A stretch of 41,141 nucleotides of DNA from a virus. Its lineage: Duplodnaviria; Heunggongvirae; Uroviricota; Caudoviricetes. The notes under the pieces were generated by a model, which was not told the DNA's origin, did no database searches, and saw nothing but the letters and a program-made list of their open reading frames with translations. The stretch covers positions 1-41,141 of IMG/VR virus record IMGVR_UViG_2718218171_000006. One strand, written 5' to 3'. A program made the translations under genes and the position numbers. This document shows, in pieces, positions 9,518 to 19,457 of this stretch (position 1 is the first letter of the stretch; each line of letters starts with the position of its first letter).

Positions 9518-12500
9518 TACCGATATGCTCCACTTAACCGACCACCATCACGGGCCTGCTGTTGCATAAAGTCCGCTGCCGCTTTTTTCCCAAGGTCATA
9601 AACCACCTTCAGGGCAGCCGGACCTATCTGTCCGTTCGTGCCATCGTTATTGATCTCGATGTTGTACTGCGGGGCAAACATCGCCATACCTGAACCACCA
9701 ATATCCGCCACAACCCCAAGCTTACCGTCAGCACCACGACGCAGTGGCAGAATGGCTTCAGGTCCAGCTTCCCCCATCACACCCGCGCCTTTTGCAAAAG
9801 CAAAAAACGTCGGACGGTTAACCACCGTGCCACTGTAACAACTCAAATCAGCAGACTGATAAATCCCCCCATTGGCATTCAGGGAAAGGCTGCTGAGATC
9901 AAATCCCAGTACACTGCCAATCCCTTTTATCGATTTCATCATGGTTGCCTGCGCCAGGATTTTCGCCATATCTGACAGCACAGAAGAGGTGAAGGATTTG
10001 AAATTGAGTTTGCCGGTAGTGACAAAAGTTGCCAGGCCATTTCCCATGTTGCTGAAGGCTGACGAGAACACCTGTTCTGCTGTTCCTGCCGTATTATCTG
10101 CATCCACGGTAAAATCCTGAAATGCACGCAGGACTCCGTTTTTCCAGTTACCCTGCACAACTTCAAGCTGTTGCCAGTAACGGCGATTCTCATTCAGTTG
10201 TCGGTTCAGGCTCTCCGTCAGCGCCTGCTCGGCCTTTCTGTAGTCATCCGTGTTATATGTCCCTTTCTGCTCACTATCCCGCCTCAACTGCTCCAGCTGT
10301 TGCTGGTATTTCTGGCGAAGACTCAGTTGTACCTGATATCGCTGCCGCTGCTGATCACCCATACCCACCGTGGCGATATCCAGGTCATGTTGCTGACGCT
10401 GAGCGCGCTCTTCTTCAGCCAGTTGACTGGTCAGCTGAATTGTTTTTTTCTTCAGCTCGTTGAGTGCCGTCTGTTTCTGAAGCTCCTGCTGTTTTACATC
10501 CAGCAGCGTCAGTGCCTGAATCAGTTCATCTTTACGGGCCAGCACACTCTTTTCATCTGCCGTCAGTTTTTTCCCGTCCAGGTCGCTGATGCGCTGCTGC
10601 AGAGCCAGAAGCTGTTTATGCGCTTCTGTCATCCTTTCCGTGGCAATGCCTGCTGACTGTCTGGCAGCAGCAATCTGTCCTTCCACCTGTGCCTGTTGCT
10701 GACTGTACTGCAGCAATAACCGGGTGGCCTCATCATTACGGGTTTCGCGTGTTTTTTTCTTACCGGATGCCAGGGCTTTCTCGTAACGTTCATTTTCACG
10801 TTGTATCGCCGCATCCCTGACAGCCTGATCGGCGTACTGCATGGCATTAATACGCGCAATTTCACGCTGATGTCGTGCTGCTTCCGTTTCATTCATCCGG
10901 TTCAGTGCAGCATTTTCAGCATTACGGCGTTTCTGTTGCTCCTGATAATTCCGCTCTGCCTGCTCTTTTGCATCCTGCAAATCCTTCTGGCGTTTTTTCT
11001 CCTGAAGCTCGTTAAGACGCTGCTGATCGTACTCAACCTGAGAAGATGATGCCGTCCAGGGGAGTCTTTTCGCCCGCGACACTTTCTCCTGTAAAGCGGA
11101 AATCTGTTCATCCAGCGAGTCTTCACGACCAATATTCATGGCCGCATCCCAGAAACGACTCCATAAATCAGACAGATACTTCAGCGTACTGCCCAGCGCA
11201 TTGAGGTTATTATCAATATCCGCAGTACGCCGACCGGTTTCCTCTGCCAGTGCAGACATGGCTATCCGTGCCGCATCACTGGACCGCCCCTGTTCCCCAA
11301 GGACGCGTATCTGCTCAAGCTGAGTGGCAGTAAGAAAATGCAGCTCATTGTCCAGAGCCTTCGCGGCATTTACAGGATCATCCTTCAGCCGCTTAAACTG
11401 ACTTATGGTATCGCTGACCGACTGGCCAACCGATCGCTCCATCTGTGCGGCAGCTCTCGCCACCATACCGATATCGTTTCCACGAAATGCACCACTCCCC
11501 ACCACCTGAGCCAGCGCACCGGCTGCAGCATGTTGCGTGATACCATTCCCGGAAATAGCACGACTGAGCGTCCACAGCTGCCCGGCAGTGACTCCGGCAT
11601 AATGCCCCGTCAGCGACAGCTGGCGGTTAAATTCTTCCCCCTCCTTCTGACCGTCATACCAGGCTTTACCCAGACCATAGACAGCCGCGGCAATACCGCC
11701 AATAACTCCGCCAAGCATCATGCCTTTCGGTGACATCAATGTGTCTATCCACCCGGCACGGTTAGCCAGCGTTATTCCGGATCCCCTCAGCGCACCTAAA
11801 TTTCCGCGGGCCAGTTCACCTATCAGAACGCCTATCTCCTGACGGGCCGCTGCACTTTTCAGCCCCAGCGAATGCGTGGCTTTTCCTGCCTGCTCCATTT
11901 TGCGGATATACACTTCTGCAGCACTGCTTACCCCCAGCTGGGCAGCCTTAGCACGAAGCAACTCAGAAGATGAAAGATTCTGGCGGGTTGCCTGCTCTTT
12001 AAGCTGACGGATAAACGCCACTTTCTGTCGGGTAGCCTCTTCCTCAGCCTGTGTAAGAACACGGGTTTTCGCCGTAACCTCAGAAATCAGCGCCAGATAA
12101 TCCTGCTGACCAATCCCGCCACTGTTTCTGGCCTGTCGGATCTGCTGCTGAATACGCTGTAATTCCTGCAACCCCGCACTGGCCTGTTTCACACTGTCAA
12201 TCTGACGATAAAACGCAGCAGCCGCTTTATCCTGAGCCTCCGCCAGAGCCATGGCCTGCGCCTGTTCCTCGCGCATTTTCTGGCTCAGTGCCTCCATGCG
12301 CTGGCGGGTTTTCTCCACCTCGCGGGCCATGCGTTCATGAGCCTGTGCGCTCTTCTCCACCGTCTGCGCATGGACGGATGCGGCTGTTGCAGCCGAAGAA
12401 GCCGCCTGCATTGTCTGCCGGGCGGCCTGAGTCTGACGCTCCATAAAACGCTGCATACGGGCAGAAGACCGTTCTGCATCGCTGGCTGCACCATTCAGAA

Positions 12501-12582
12501 GGTTTTTGATACGGGGAATTTCATTTTTAAACTCTGCCGCATCAATCCCCAAATCAATGACCAGGTTGGCTATCTGGTCCAT
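9517..12582 (-). CDS. H: Tail tape-measure protein H
   Basis: About 1020 aa, coiled-coil rich; start MDQIANLVIDLGIDAAEF and C-terminus INNDGTNGQIGPAALKVVYDLGKK resemble lambda H; start codon (12582 vs 12612) uncertain. Confidence 0.9.
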   Translation of the reverse strand: MDQIANLVIDLGIDAAEFKNEIPRIKNLLNGAASDAERSSARMQRFMERQTQAARQTMQAASSAATAASVHAQTVEKSAQAHERMAREVEKTRQRMEALSQKMREEQAQAMALAEAQDKAAAAFYRQIDSVKQASAGLQELQRIQQQIRQARNSGGIGQQDYLALISEVTAKTRVLTQAEEEATRQKVAFIRQLKEQATRQNLSSSELLRAKAAQLGVSSAAEVYIRKMEQAGKATHSLGLKSAAARQEIGVLIGELARGNLGALRGSGITLANRAGWIDTLMSPKGMMLGGVIGGIAAAVYGLGKAWYDGQKEGEEFNRQLSLTGHYAGVTAGQLWTLSRAISGNGITQHAAAGALAQVVGSGAFRGNDIGMVARAAAQMERSVGQSVSDTISQFKRLKDDPVNAAKALDNELHFLTATQLEQIRVLGEQGRSSDAARIAMSALAEETGRRTADIDNNLNALGSTLKYLSDLWSRFWDAAMNIGREDSLDEQISALQEKVSRAKRLPWTASSSQVEYDQQRLNELQEKKRQKDLQDAKEQAERNYQEQQKRRNAENAALNRMNETEAARHQREIARINAMQYADQAVRDAAIQRENERYEKALASGKKKTRETRNDEATRLLLQYSQQQAQVEGQIAAARQSAGIATERMTEAHKQLLALQQRISDLDGKKLTADEKSVLARKDELIQALTLLDVKQQELQKQTALNELKKKTIQLTSQLAEEERAQRQQHDLDIATVGMGDQQRQRYQVQLSLRQKYQQQLEQLRRDSEQKGTYNTDDYRKAEQALTESLNRQLNENRRYWQQLEVVQGNWKNGVLRAFQDFTVDADNTAGTAEQVFSSAFSNMGNGLATFVTTGKLNFKSFTSSVLSDMAKILAQATMMKSIKGIGSVLGFDLSSLSLNANGGIYQSADLSCYSGTVVNRPTFFAFAKGAGVMGEAGPEAILPLRRGADGKLGVVADIGGSGMAMFAPQYNIEINNDGTNGQIGPAALKVVYDLGKKAAADFMQQQARDGGRLSGAYR

Positions 12583-12883
12583 AACGCACACCTCCGGAAA
12601 TACCTTCCCCAAGATGCATCAGTTCTTCGTCCGTTCGCTCCGGTATCCCGTTCTCTTCCGGTAAAAGGCTGAAATCAGCCACCGCAGCATCACTGCTACC
12701 GGACACCATTCTCACGATCAATTCCTTCAGCGAGGCAAACTGCGCATCCATCCACACATCACTGAAGCTCTGCATCCGGAAATAATCGCCCCACTCACCA
12801 AGCTCAGTGGCCGACATTTCCGACAGCATCCGCCGCCAGTCTGCCCGCCGGAACTCCCGGGCAAGCCGCATGACAAACTGCAT
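12554..12883 (-). CDS. T: Tail assembly chaperone T segment (C-terminal extension of the G-T frameshift product)
   Basis: ORF in the -1 frame relative to G, overlapping the G stop; expressed in lambda only as a G-T fusion. Confidence 0.7.
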   Translation of the reverse strand: MQFVMRLAREFRRADWRRMLSEMSATELGEWGDYFRMQSFSDVWMDAQFASLKELIVRMVSGSSDAAVADFSLLPEENGIPERTDEELMHLGEGISGGVRYGPDSQPGH

Positions 12884-12891
12884 TTCCCGCG

Positions 12892-13278
12892 TCAGGACTT
12901 TTCCGGCGTCAGCACCTCATGCTCCAAATCCCCGGCATTCTCAATGGCTCCCATACCGCTCAGCGACAGAACCATCTCCGCCCCCGCTCCCAGGGCATCA
13001 TACGACCATGTTGTAATAACGGATGCGCAAAGCGTCTCAACATCCTGAGACTGTTCCGCATTCCACAGTGAGCGGGAAACCAGCCAGGCATTGATATCCA
13101 TCCCCATCCGCAGAAAAGCAATCTGTCGTTCAGCCTCCGGCAGTTCTCCCTCTTCGGCATCAAACTTTGCCGTTCGCTGCTGAACAAACGCCAGATATTC
13201 AATTCTCTGCAGCCCGGACAGCTCACTGAGCACCACGGACTGCTTTTCATAATTAAACGTGCCCTGTTTCAGAAACAT
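12892..13278 (-). CDS. G: Tail assembly chaperone G
   Basis: Start at MFLKQGTF... (lambda G begins MFLK); SELSGLQRIEYLAF motif; immediately downstream of V. Confidence 0.8.
   Translation of the reverse strand: MFLKQGTFNYEKQSVVLSELSGLQRIEYLAFVQQRTAKFDAEEGELPEAERQIAFLRMGMDINAWLVSRSLWNAEQSQDVETLCASVITTWSYDALGAGAEMVLSLSGMGAIENAGDLEHEVLTPEKS
12898..12904 (-). other. Putative -1 programmed ribosomal frameshift site G-GAA-AAG at the end of G
   Basis: The T frame is closed by a UGA at 12917..12919 and G ends at 12892..12894, so any shift must occur within ~25 nt; the only slippery-like heptamer is GGAAAAG (lambda uses GGGAAAG). Confidence 0.45.
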
Positions 13279-13338
13279 CATGTTCTCCACCTGCAAAAAA
13301 GCCCCGGATAACCGGGGCAAATGATGAGTATCGTCCTG

Positions 13339-14082
13339 TTAACCTGCGGCGCTGACAGCCACCGTAGCCACTGCCACAAAATCGCCGTCAGAAGTCATGC
13401 CAACAATGCTGACACTGCCCTGCTTCACGCCTTTCACCGTGGCCACAAGCCCGTTCAGGGTCACCGTGGCAGTCTGTGGATCTGTCGAATGCACACTGAT
13501 CGCTTTGTCACTGGCTCCGTCAGGTTTTACTGTAAAGGTCAGCGTGGTGGTTGCTCCCACTTTTACACTGGCAGATGCCGGTGCCACCGTCAGCCCGGTA
13601 ACGCTCACTGTTTCAGTGCCTTCCTCTGCCAGATACGGACGCCCCACACCGCTGATTTTCACTGTGCGGGTCATCACGTCTTTTGAGGCAATGGTTTTAC
13701 CCAGTGAGCTCAGCCAGCCACGGAAAACATCAACAGTGCCGTTGGGATATTTGATACGAAACGCGCAGACTTCACCGGAGTCGAACAACTGAACCAGTTT
13801 TTTCTGCCCGCTGTCACCCGGACGCCAGGCCAGCGTCGCCGAAGTATCACCGACGGATTTCTGCCCCTGGGTTGTCGTTTTCCAGTCTGCATCTTCATCA
13901 TCGAGATAAGTGTCATCTTCTGCATCAGCGGTCATTTCGCCAGGTTGCAGATCCTTCACCATCGCAAGACGCAGCCAGTCAGTGTCCGACAAAGGATTCG
14001 CAAACGCATCGCCGTTGCCGGTATACATCCAGAACGTCGTCCCCGCACCTTTCGTCTTTGCCAGTGGATTTGGTGTGGTCAT
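13339..14082 (-). CDS. V: Major tail protein V (with C-terminal Ig-like domain)
   Basis: Start at MTTPNPLAKTKGAGTTFWMYTG; 247 aa; C-terminal Big_2-like segment; position between U and G. Confidence 0.85.
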   Translation of the reverse strand: MTTPNPLAKTKGAGTTFWMYTGNGDAFANPLSDTDWLRLAMVKDLQPGEMTADAEDDTYLDDEDADWKTTTQGQKSVGDTSATLAWRPGDSGQKKLVQLFDSGEVCAFRIKYPNGTVDVFRGWLSSLGKTIASKDVMTRTVKISGVGRPYLAEEGTETVSVTGLTVAPASASVKVGATTTLTFTVKPDGASDKAISVHSTDPQTATVTLNGLVATVKGVKQGSVSIVGMTSDGDFVAVATVAVSAAG

Positions 14083-14092
14083 TACCACCTCC

Positions 14093-14506
14093 TTAATTCG
14101 TGTACGTGATCTGGTACGTGATTTCCGCCATCGCCCAGGTGGCCATCTCATTATCACGTTGATAGTTAAAACCGAGTGGGATCAGGGTGTCGATGAGTCC
14201 GGAAAGTGCCGGTACATCATTCAGGGCCGGGAAAATGGTGCTCTCCATCCACATATCCAGCTCTGAATCCGGTGCCTGTGCCCGGATGAAGACAGCAATA
14301 TGCAGAACAGCCTGCCAGTCATCTTCATCCGTCATTTTTCCGGTGTACTGAGCATCACTCAGCCACACCGCCACGGCAGGCAGTTCCTGCGCATCAACAA
14401 ATGCCGGAAGCCCGTCAAAAAACGTGGCGCTGTCTCCACACTGTTCCCGAAGGCGTGCCAGTACGACCTGGCGGATTTGTGTATGTCGGTTCATCGGGTC
14501 AGCCAT
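14093..14506 (-). CDS. U: Tail terminator protein U
   Basis: 137 aa, lambda U size and position. Confidence 0.85.
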   Translation of the reverse strand: MADPMNRHTQIRQVVLARLREQCGDSATFFDGLPAFVDAQELPAVAVWLSDAQYTGKMTDEDDWQAVLHIAVFIRAQAPDSELDMWMESTIFPALNDVPALSGLIDTLIPLGFNYQRDNEMATWAMAEITYQITYTN

Positions 14507-15069
14507 AACCTCAGTTGTTGTTTCAGTGCATACCCCAACTGTTTCGGCATTTCCGCAGCAATGATGCGGTCGCGGGCATCTTCAAATGCCTGTGTCAGCG
14601 GTCCGGACAACGGGATTTTCACCACATCAATGGGGTAACGATTTTTGCCATCAATACGCCGCATCACATGCCAGCGACCATTCGCCAGTTGCTGAATAAA
14701 CGCATCCCGGAAAAGATATTTACCCACCTTCAGCACACTGCCACGGTACTGCAGTTTTCCACCACGCCGGGCCAGTCTGACCCGGGCTGTCCCCAGCTTA
14801 ATGGCGGGCAGATTGCCCCGGTTAACGCGGATCCTGGCCGTCATTTTTCCTGACGGACTGGCTTTAAACACCCGGACACGCTGACGTACCAGTTTCAGGG
14901 GTATCCCTTTCACCTGGTTATCTCCCGCAACGGTATTCCCGGCAACCTGCCGGGTGGCAACCGAGACCGCTTTCTGTGCCACACGGTTTATCGCCCATGC
15001 GCTGGCCTGTGGCACCATACGGGTATCAAGGCTGTTCAGATTGCGGATGGCATTCTCAAGCCCCTTCAT
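14491..15069 (-). CDS. Z: Tail completion protein Z
   Basis: 192 aa, lambda Z size and position; overlaps the U start. Confidence 0.85.
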   Translation of the reverse strand: MKGLENAIRNLNSLDTRMVPQASAWAINRVAQKAVSVATRQVAGNTVAGDNQVKGIPLKLVRQRVRVFKASPSGKMTARIRVNRGNLPAIKLGTARVRLARRGGKLQYRGSVLKVGKYLFRDAFIQQLANGRWHVMRRIDGKNRYPIDVVKIPLSGPLTQAFEDARDRIIAAEMPKQLGYALKQQLRLWLTR

Positions 15070-15080
15070 CCCACACCTCT

Positions 15081-15356
15081 TTACTCAATAAAGATCATTG
15101 GCTTACCGTTAAAGCGTTCATGCCGTGTGACCGTCCATTGTTGTCCGTCATAAACAACGCGATCCCCGCGCCGTGGGCGGTATCCCGAAGAAAACACCAC
15201 CAGAGAGACCGCAGGTCCGGACAGAGCATTCAGCTCTGCCAGTGTTTCTCCCGGGATCACAGTCATATCGACATCATTAATCGAGGCTGTCTTTCCCATC
15301 TTTCTGACCGTGATCGCATCCATACGCGCTGCCAGCCGGGAAAAGGGATCAGACAT
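15081..15356 (-). CDS. Putative head-tail joining / head completion protein
   Basis: 91-aa ORF between the DUF2190 gene and Z, in the position of lambda FII; family assignment from context only. Confidence 0.4.
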   Translation of the reverse strand: MSDPFSRLAARMDAITVRKMGKTASINDVDMTVIPGETLAELNALSGPAVSLVVFSSGYRPRRGDRVVYDGQQWTVTRHERFNGKPMIFIE

Positions 15357-15672
15357 TGAGTTTTACCGGCACTTCTTCTGCACTGGTTCCGGCATCTGCC
15401 CAGACAACCCCGACCAGCGGATCAGAGCCGCTGTTAGTCAGCTGAACTTTTCCGGACTTCAGATAAACCTTCTTACCCGTTTTCATGTCATCCGTTTTCA
15501 GCTTAGGCAGCATAAACACACCTTCGGTCATGCCGTCGCCTGTTTCACCCTGTGGAATATCGGTCAGCGCCACCGCAAAAACATCACCCACCTGCACCAG
15601 ATCTCCGCTGCTGATGGCTGCACTGGCAACAATCGCCACCGTTTTTCCTTCTTCTACAAAATTCTTTGCCAT
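15349..15672 (-). CDS. DUF2190-like phage structural protein (possible head decoration protein)
   Basis: About 107 aa from MAKNFVEEGKTVAIVAS...; directly follows the capsid gene as in Gifsy/CP-933-type head modules. Confidence 0.5.
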   Translation of the reverse strand: MAKNFVEEGKTVAIVASAAISSGDLVQVGDVFAVALTDIPQGETGDGMTEGVFMLPKLKTDDMKTGKKVYLKSGKVQLTNSGSDPLVGVVWADAGTSAEEVPVKLNV

Positions 15673-15713
15673 AACTGTCTCCGCACAGCCCCGTTCAGGG
15701 GCTGATTTCAGGT

Positions 15714-15734
15714 ACAAAAAAAGCCCTTACGGGC
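15714..15734 (-). terminator. Intrinsic terminator downstream of the capsid gene
   Basis: Minus-strand GCCCGTAAGGGC hairpin followed by TTTTTTT. Confidence 0.55.
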
Positions 15735-15758
15735 CATCAGAGTTGTTGTCTGCGACGT

Positions 15759-17717
15759 TTACGCCGTACATTTCACCAGACCGCGGTGATCAACTGGCGC
15801 GACACCGGCGTCAATACGCACTTTCGTTGTCACGCCATCCACACTGAAGCCCTCCATCTGATCAATATATGGCGTATCCACACCGTTGAGATAAGCCACT
15901 TCAATCGTATCGGAGCCTTTTGACGCAGCCAGGTAGAAGGTGGTCTGGCTGTTATCATCAAGACGAGGCTCTGCAATAACGGTCGCAAAATCTTTCACCG
16001 GGTTAATAATACCGGCGTTAATGTCAGCCCCCTTGACACTTGAGGAGCGAATGACCTGGTTAGCAACAGACTCCATCGCCGTCGGTACCAGTACGAACGC
16101 AGGACGAATATTCAGATGACGCTCCCCCTCTTTCTGAACGCGCATCAACTGGCGGGCTTTATCCAGCGATGCCACGTCCATTGCAGCGCTCTCCAGTACG
16201 TTTGCATGTTTCGCTTTATCGAACAGACTTACATTATCTGTGGAGATTTTCGGGTTAGACGTCAGAATGGCATAAACCAGATCGGCAATAGTGGATTTCG
16301 CCGCACGGCCCAGTTTCATCGGGACATCGGTCAGCATATTCAGATCATCATTGATAATGGCCTGACGGGTGATACTGAACAGCTCGCCATAGGTCGCCAG
16401 TGCAATAGTGGCCTGTTTATCTCCGGTGGTGACGTATTTATATTCCGCCCCTTCACGCACCTGACGCAGAGCACTGAAGCCCCCCATACCCACACGATGG
16501 GCAATTTTAAAATCAGACAACTGACCTTTCCGCGTCCACTGTTCATAGGTTTCAGGAGCATCTTCCCAGCCCTGCAGAATGGCTTTGTTCGCAACATCCA
16601 GCAGAATATTACCGAAGTCAGACGTACTGTGTGTGAACGCCGCACCGACCATCTGCATCGGGTTATAACTGGAAACCCCAATACCCCGTTCAGTCAGTGA
16701 CATACGGGCATATTCACGCAGGGTCATCCCGTTGTAGACATTATCACGTTCGGTTTTTTCAAATCCGGCACGCGCCATCAGCGCCTGGCGGATCCCATCC
16801 CCCACAAAATTACCGTTACCGGCATAAATATGAGCCGGGGTATTTTTATTGGATGGCGTGGACTCGCGCCCCATCTCGTTCAACAGCTTTTCGCGGGCTT
16901 GCTCCAGCGAACATTCAGGATCGGCAAGACACTGAGCCTGCAGCGTCTGATAACGCCCGCCAAACATGGCAAACAAATCATTAATACCGTTTACACGCGC
17001 TTTTTGCTCTGCCAGTACCTGCGCACGGATACTGTTTTCATCCACCACGGGTGCTGCTGCCTGCACTGGCGTCCGGGAGGCTACAGGTTCATTATCCTGT
17101 ACGCGTGGAGCACTGTTGCGTGGCGGAGTAATCATGTTTCGAATGGATTCCGGCATCTTTTTAAATTCCTCTGTACGTTTTGACTGAATACATGCCATTG
17201 CCTTAACGGCTGGCGTTACCTGATCAGCAAATCCATGTGCCAGACATTCGGCACCGGACATCCAGGTCTCATCCGCCAGCATGGCAGCAATTTCATCGGT
17301 GGTTTTCCCGGTTTTCTGTGCATAAGCGGGTAACAGAACCGCCTCAACCTTATCGAGCAGGTCGGCATAGGTGCGCATGTCCTCCGCATCACCGCCCGTA
17401 AAGCCAAATGGTTTATGAATCATCATGAAGGTGTTTTCCGGCATAATGACCGGGTTTCCCACCATCGCAATGACCGACGCCATTGACGCCGCCACACCGT
17501 CGACATAAACGGTAATGGACGCCCCATGTGTTTTCAGCGCATTAAAAATGGCGATGCCTTCAAAGACATCGCCACCCGGTGAATTAATATGGAGATTAAT
17601 GTGGGTGATATCGCCCAGTGCATTCAGATCACTGATAAACTGCTTCGCTGTAACACCCCAGAAACCAATCTCGTCATAAATATAAATATCCGCGTCACTC
17701 TGGTGACCAGCCTGCAT
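15759..17717 (-). CDS. Prohead ClpP-like serine protease fused to major capsid protein
   Basis: Start at ATG 17717 (MQAGHQSDADIYIYDEIGFWGV...); N-terminal ClpP-like region (HINSPGGDVFEGIAIFNAL...MASVIAMVG) and C-terminal capsid-like region; 652 aa. Confidence 0.8.
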   Translation of the reverse strand: MQAGHQSDADIYIYDEIGFWGVTAKQFISDLNALGDITHINLHINSPGGDVFEGIAIFNALKTHGASITVYVDGVAASMASVIAMVGNPVIMPENTFMMIHKPFGFTGGDAEDMRTYADLLDKVEAVLLPAYAQKTGKTTDEIAAMLADETWMSGAECLAHGFADQVTPAVKAMACIQSKRTEEFKKMPESIRNMITPPRNSAPRVQDNEPVASRTPVQAAAPVVDENSIRAQVLAEQKARVNGINDLFAMFGGRYQTLQAQCLADPECSLEQAREKLLNEMGRESTPSNKNTPAHIYAGNGNFVGDGIRQALMARAGFEKTERDNVYNGMTLREYARMSLTERGIGVSSYNPMQMVGAAFTHSTSDFGNILLDVANKAILQGWEDAPETYEQWTRKGQLSDFKIAHRVGMGGFSALRQVREGAEYKYVTTGDKQATIALATYGELFSITRQAIINDDLNMLTDVPMKLGRAAKSTIADLVYAILTSNPKISTDNVSLFDKAKHANVLESAAMDVASLDKARQLMRVQKEGERHLNIRPAFVLVPTAMESVANQVIRSSSVKGADINAGIINPVKDFATVIAEPRLDDNSQTTFYLAASKGSDTIEVAYLNGVDTPYIDQMEGFSVDGVTTKVRIDAGVAPVDHRGLVKCTA

Positions 17718-17730
17718 CCTGAACCAGGAA

Positions 17731-19239
17731 TTATTCTTCGGACTGGTCGTCGGTGTGCTGCGGCTCCTGTCGTTTCGTTGCGGCACTGCTGCCTCCTTTA
17801 TCACTGGCCGGATCGGTATCAAATACCAGATCCAGCTTGCGGTTTTCATCAATTTCGGCCTTGCGCCGACGTTTGACATCATCCGGATTACGACCACCAG
17901 CACGTACCCAGTCTGATTCTGTCGCCGCTCCACCACGAATCTGGATTTTCCAGGCCTCAGCCTCCTTAACAGGGTCAATCCACGGCATCACTGGTCCGGA
18001 ATACACCGCGGTATACAGTGAAGAACGGTCAAGATCGCGGGGTAGCCTGATAACACCGGATGCCACAGCCTGTTTCAGCCAGGCACGATACATCGGGCGG
18101 GTGACGGCACCAATAAACCAGTCCTGCAGGATCAGGTAGCCATCAGTAGACTCAACCAGTTCCTGACGCTGGGCGCTGTAAGTGCCGTTATAGTTGCGTG
18201 CCGTACTGGAAAAACTCAGACGACTGCCCGCCGCCACGGCACGCAACTGACCATTACGAAAAGTTTCAAGATTAGGATTGGGGCGATCCGACTTCACCAT
18301 TCCGATTTCTTCGCCGGGTTTCAGATCGTCGTAAATAATGCCTGGCTGAATGGTAAGCTCACGTTCATTCTCCTTTCTGCCATTACCATCCGGTTCATAG
18401 CTCTGCCCGTCGCCTTTCCGGATGTACATCCCCAGAGCAGCGGCGATCCTTGCTGCAGTCAGCTCAGAATCTTCATATTCTTTCAGGGCACTGAGGCGGA
18501 TCAGCACACCGGACAATAAAGACGTCCCGCGCATCTGGTGCAGACGGCGAACAAATTTAAGATGCAGCATTCGCTCTGCATCCACTTCTTTGGTTTCCAT
18601 CTGCCGTCCGGATACGGGACGGCTTTTATACACCAGATATTTTTCGGGACGCCCCCAGTCATCAACAAACACGCCCTGATTCAGCCTGTTGCTCTCATCA
18701 CTGGTCATGGGAATAAAGTCCGGCTCGAGCGCCTCCAGCCAGAAATGAACACCGGCAGAAGGCGCCAGGCTGTTTATGCGCCCGGAAACCATCTGGGCAA
18801 ACACCTCACCATCGCGCAGCCAGGTACGCAGCATCAGACGTTCCAGCATCGGACGGGTAAACTGCCCGGTGACTTCCGGGCTGACAGACCATTCACTCCA
18901 TCGGGTGCGAATCTCCGCAGCCAGGTCACGGGCAATGGCCCCATTGCGTAATACCGGATGTGGCTCGACAATAATCCCGTTTTTCCCCACCACCCGTTCT
19001 TCCAGCTTGTCAAATACACCAATAACCAGATCGTGGTTGTTATCAAGGTAACGGGCCTGCTCACGTAACGACACGGCCCCGTACTGGCTTAACTGGTCGG
19101 CAGTTCGGTTTTCCCGCCGGGCTTTGTGTGTCCGCGTCGTTTTTACGGCCTCATAAGCCTGGATCACCGCACGGGAACGCAGCCTTGCCGCTTTCCATCC
19201 TGGTGAAAAAACGCCAATCACATCATCAAGAATTGCCAT
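17731..19239 (-). CDS. Portal protein
   Basis: About 500 aa between gpW-like and capsid genes; start at MAILDDVIGVF overlapping the gpW stop (ATGA). Confidence 0.85.
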   Translation of the reverse strand: MAILDDVIGVFSPGWKAARLRSRAVIQAYEAVKTTRTHKARRENRTADQLSQYGAVSLREQARYLDNNHDLVIGVFDKLEERVVGKNGIIVEPHPVLRNGAIARDLAAEIRTRWSEWSVSPEVTGQFTRPMLERLMLRTWLRDGEVFAQMVSGRINSLAPSAGVHFWLEALEPDFIPMTSDESNRLNQGVFVDDWGRPEKYLVYKSRPVSGRQMETKEVDAERMLHLKFVRRLHQMRGTSLLSGVLIRLSALKEYEDSELTAARIAAALGMYIRKGDGQSYEPDGNGRKENERELTIQPGIIYDDLKPGEEIGMVKSDRPNPNLETFRNGQLRAVAAGSRLSFSSTARNYNGTYSAQRQELVESTDGYLILQDWFIGAVTRPMYRAWLKQAVASGVIRLPRDLDRSSLYTAVYSGPVMPWIDPVKEAEAWKIQIRGGAATESDWVRAGGRNPDDVKRRRKAEIDENRKLDLVFDTDPASDKGGSSAATKRQEPQHTDDQSEE

Positions 19240-19457
19240 CAGAACCTCGCCAGCCGGTACCCGGGATGCCCCCGTCGTCGTGTAATCAGAGCCGCAAGGC
19301 GGCGCTCCCACTCCTGCCGCCCCTGCCGGATCTCAGATAAGTTTTCCATGGTCATCTGCTGACCATTAAAAGTGACGGATTTTCCGTCCAGCACCGCCAT
19401 TTCAGCTTCCGTATAACGCTGAATCATGGCTTCAATATCATTCTGATTCATAACCAT
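19239..19457 (-). CDS. Head-tail joining protein gpW-like
   Basis: 72 aa, C-terminus ...LITRRRGHPGY similar to lambda W; sits between terminase and portal. Confidence 0.6.
   Translation of the reverse strand: MVMNQNDIEAMIQRYTEAEMAVLDGKSVTFNGQQMTMENLSEIRQGRQEWERRLAALITRRRGHPGYRLARF

Noticed and set aside
16116-16700. 194-aa plus-strand ORF (and similar ORFs at 16697..17183)
   Set aside because: Antisense to the protease/capsid fusion gene; no start signals.
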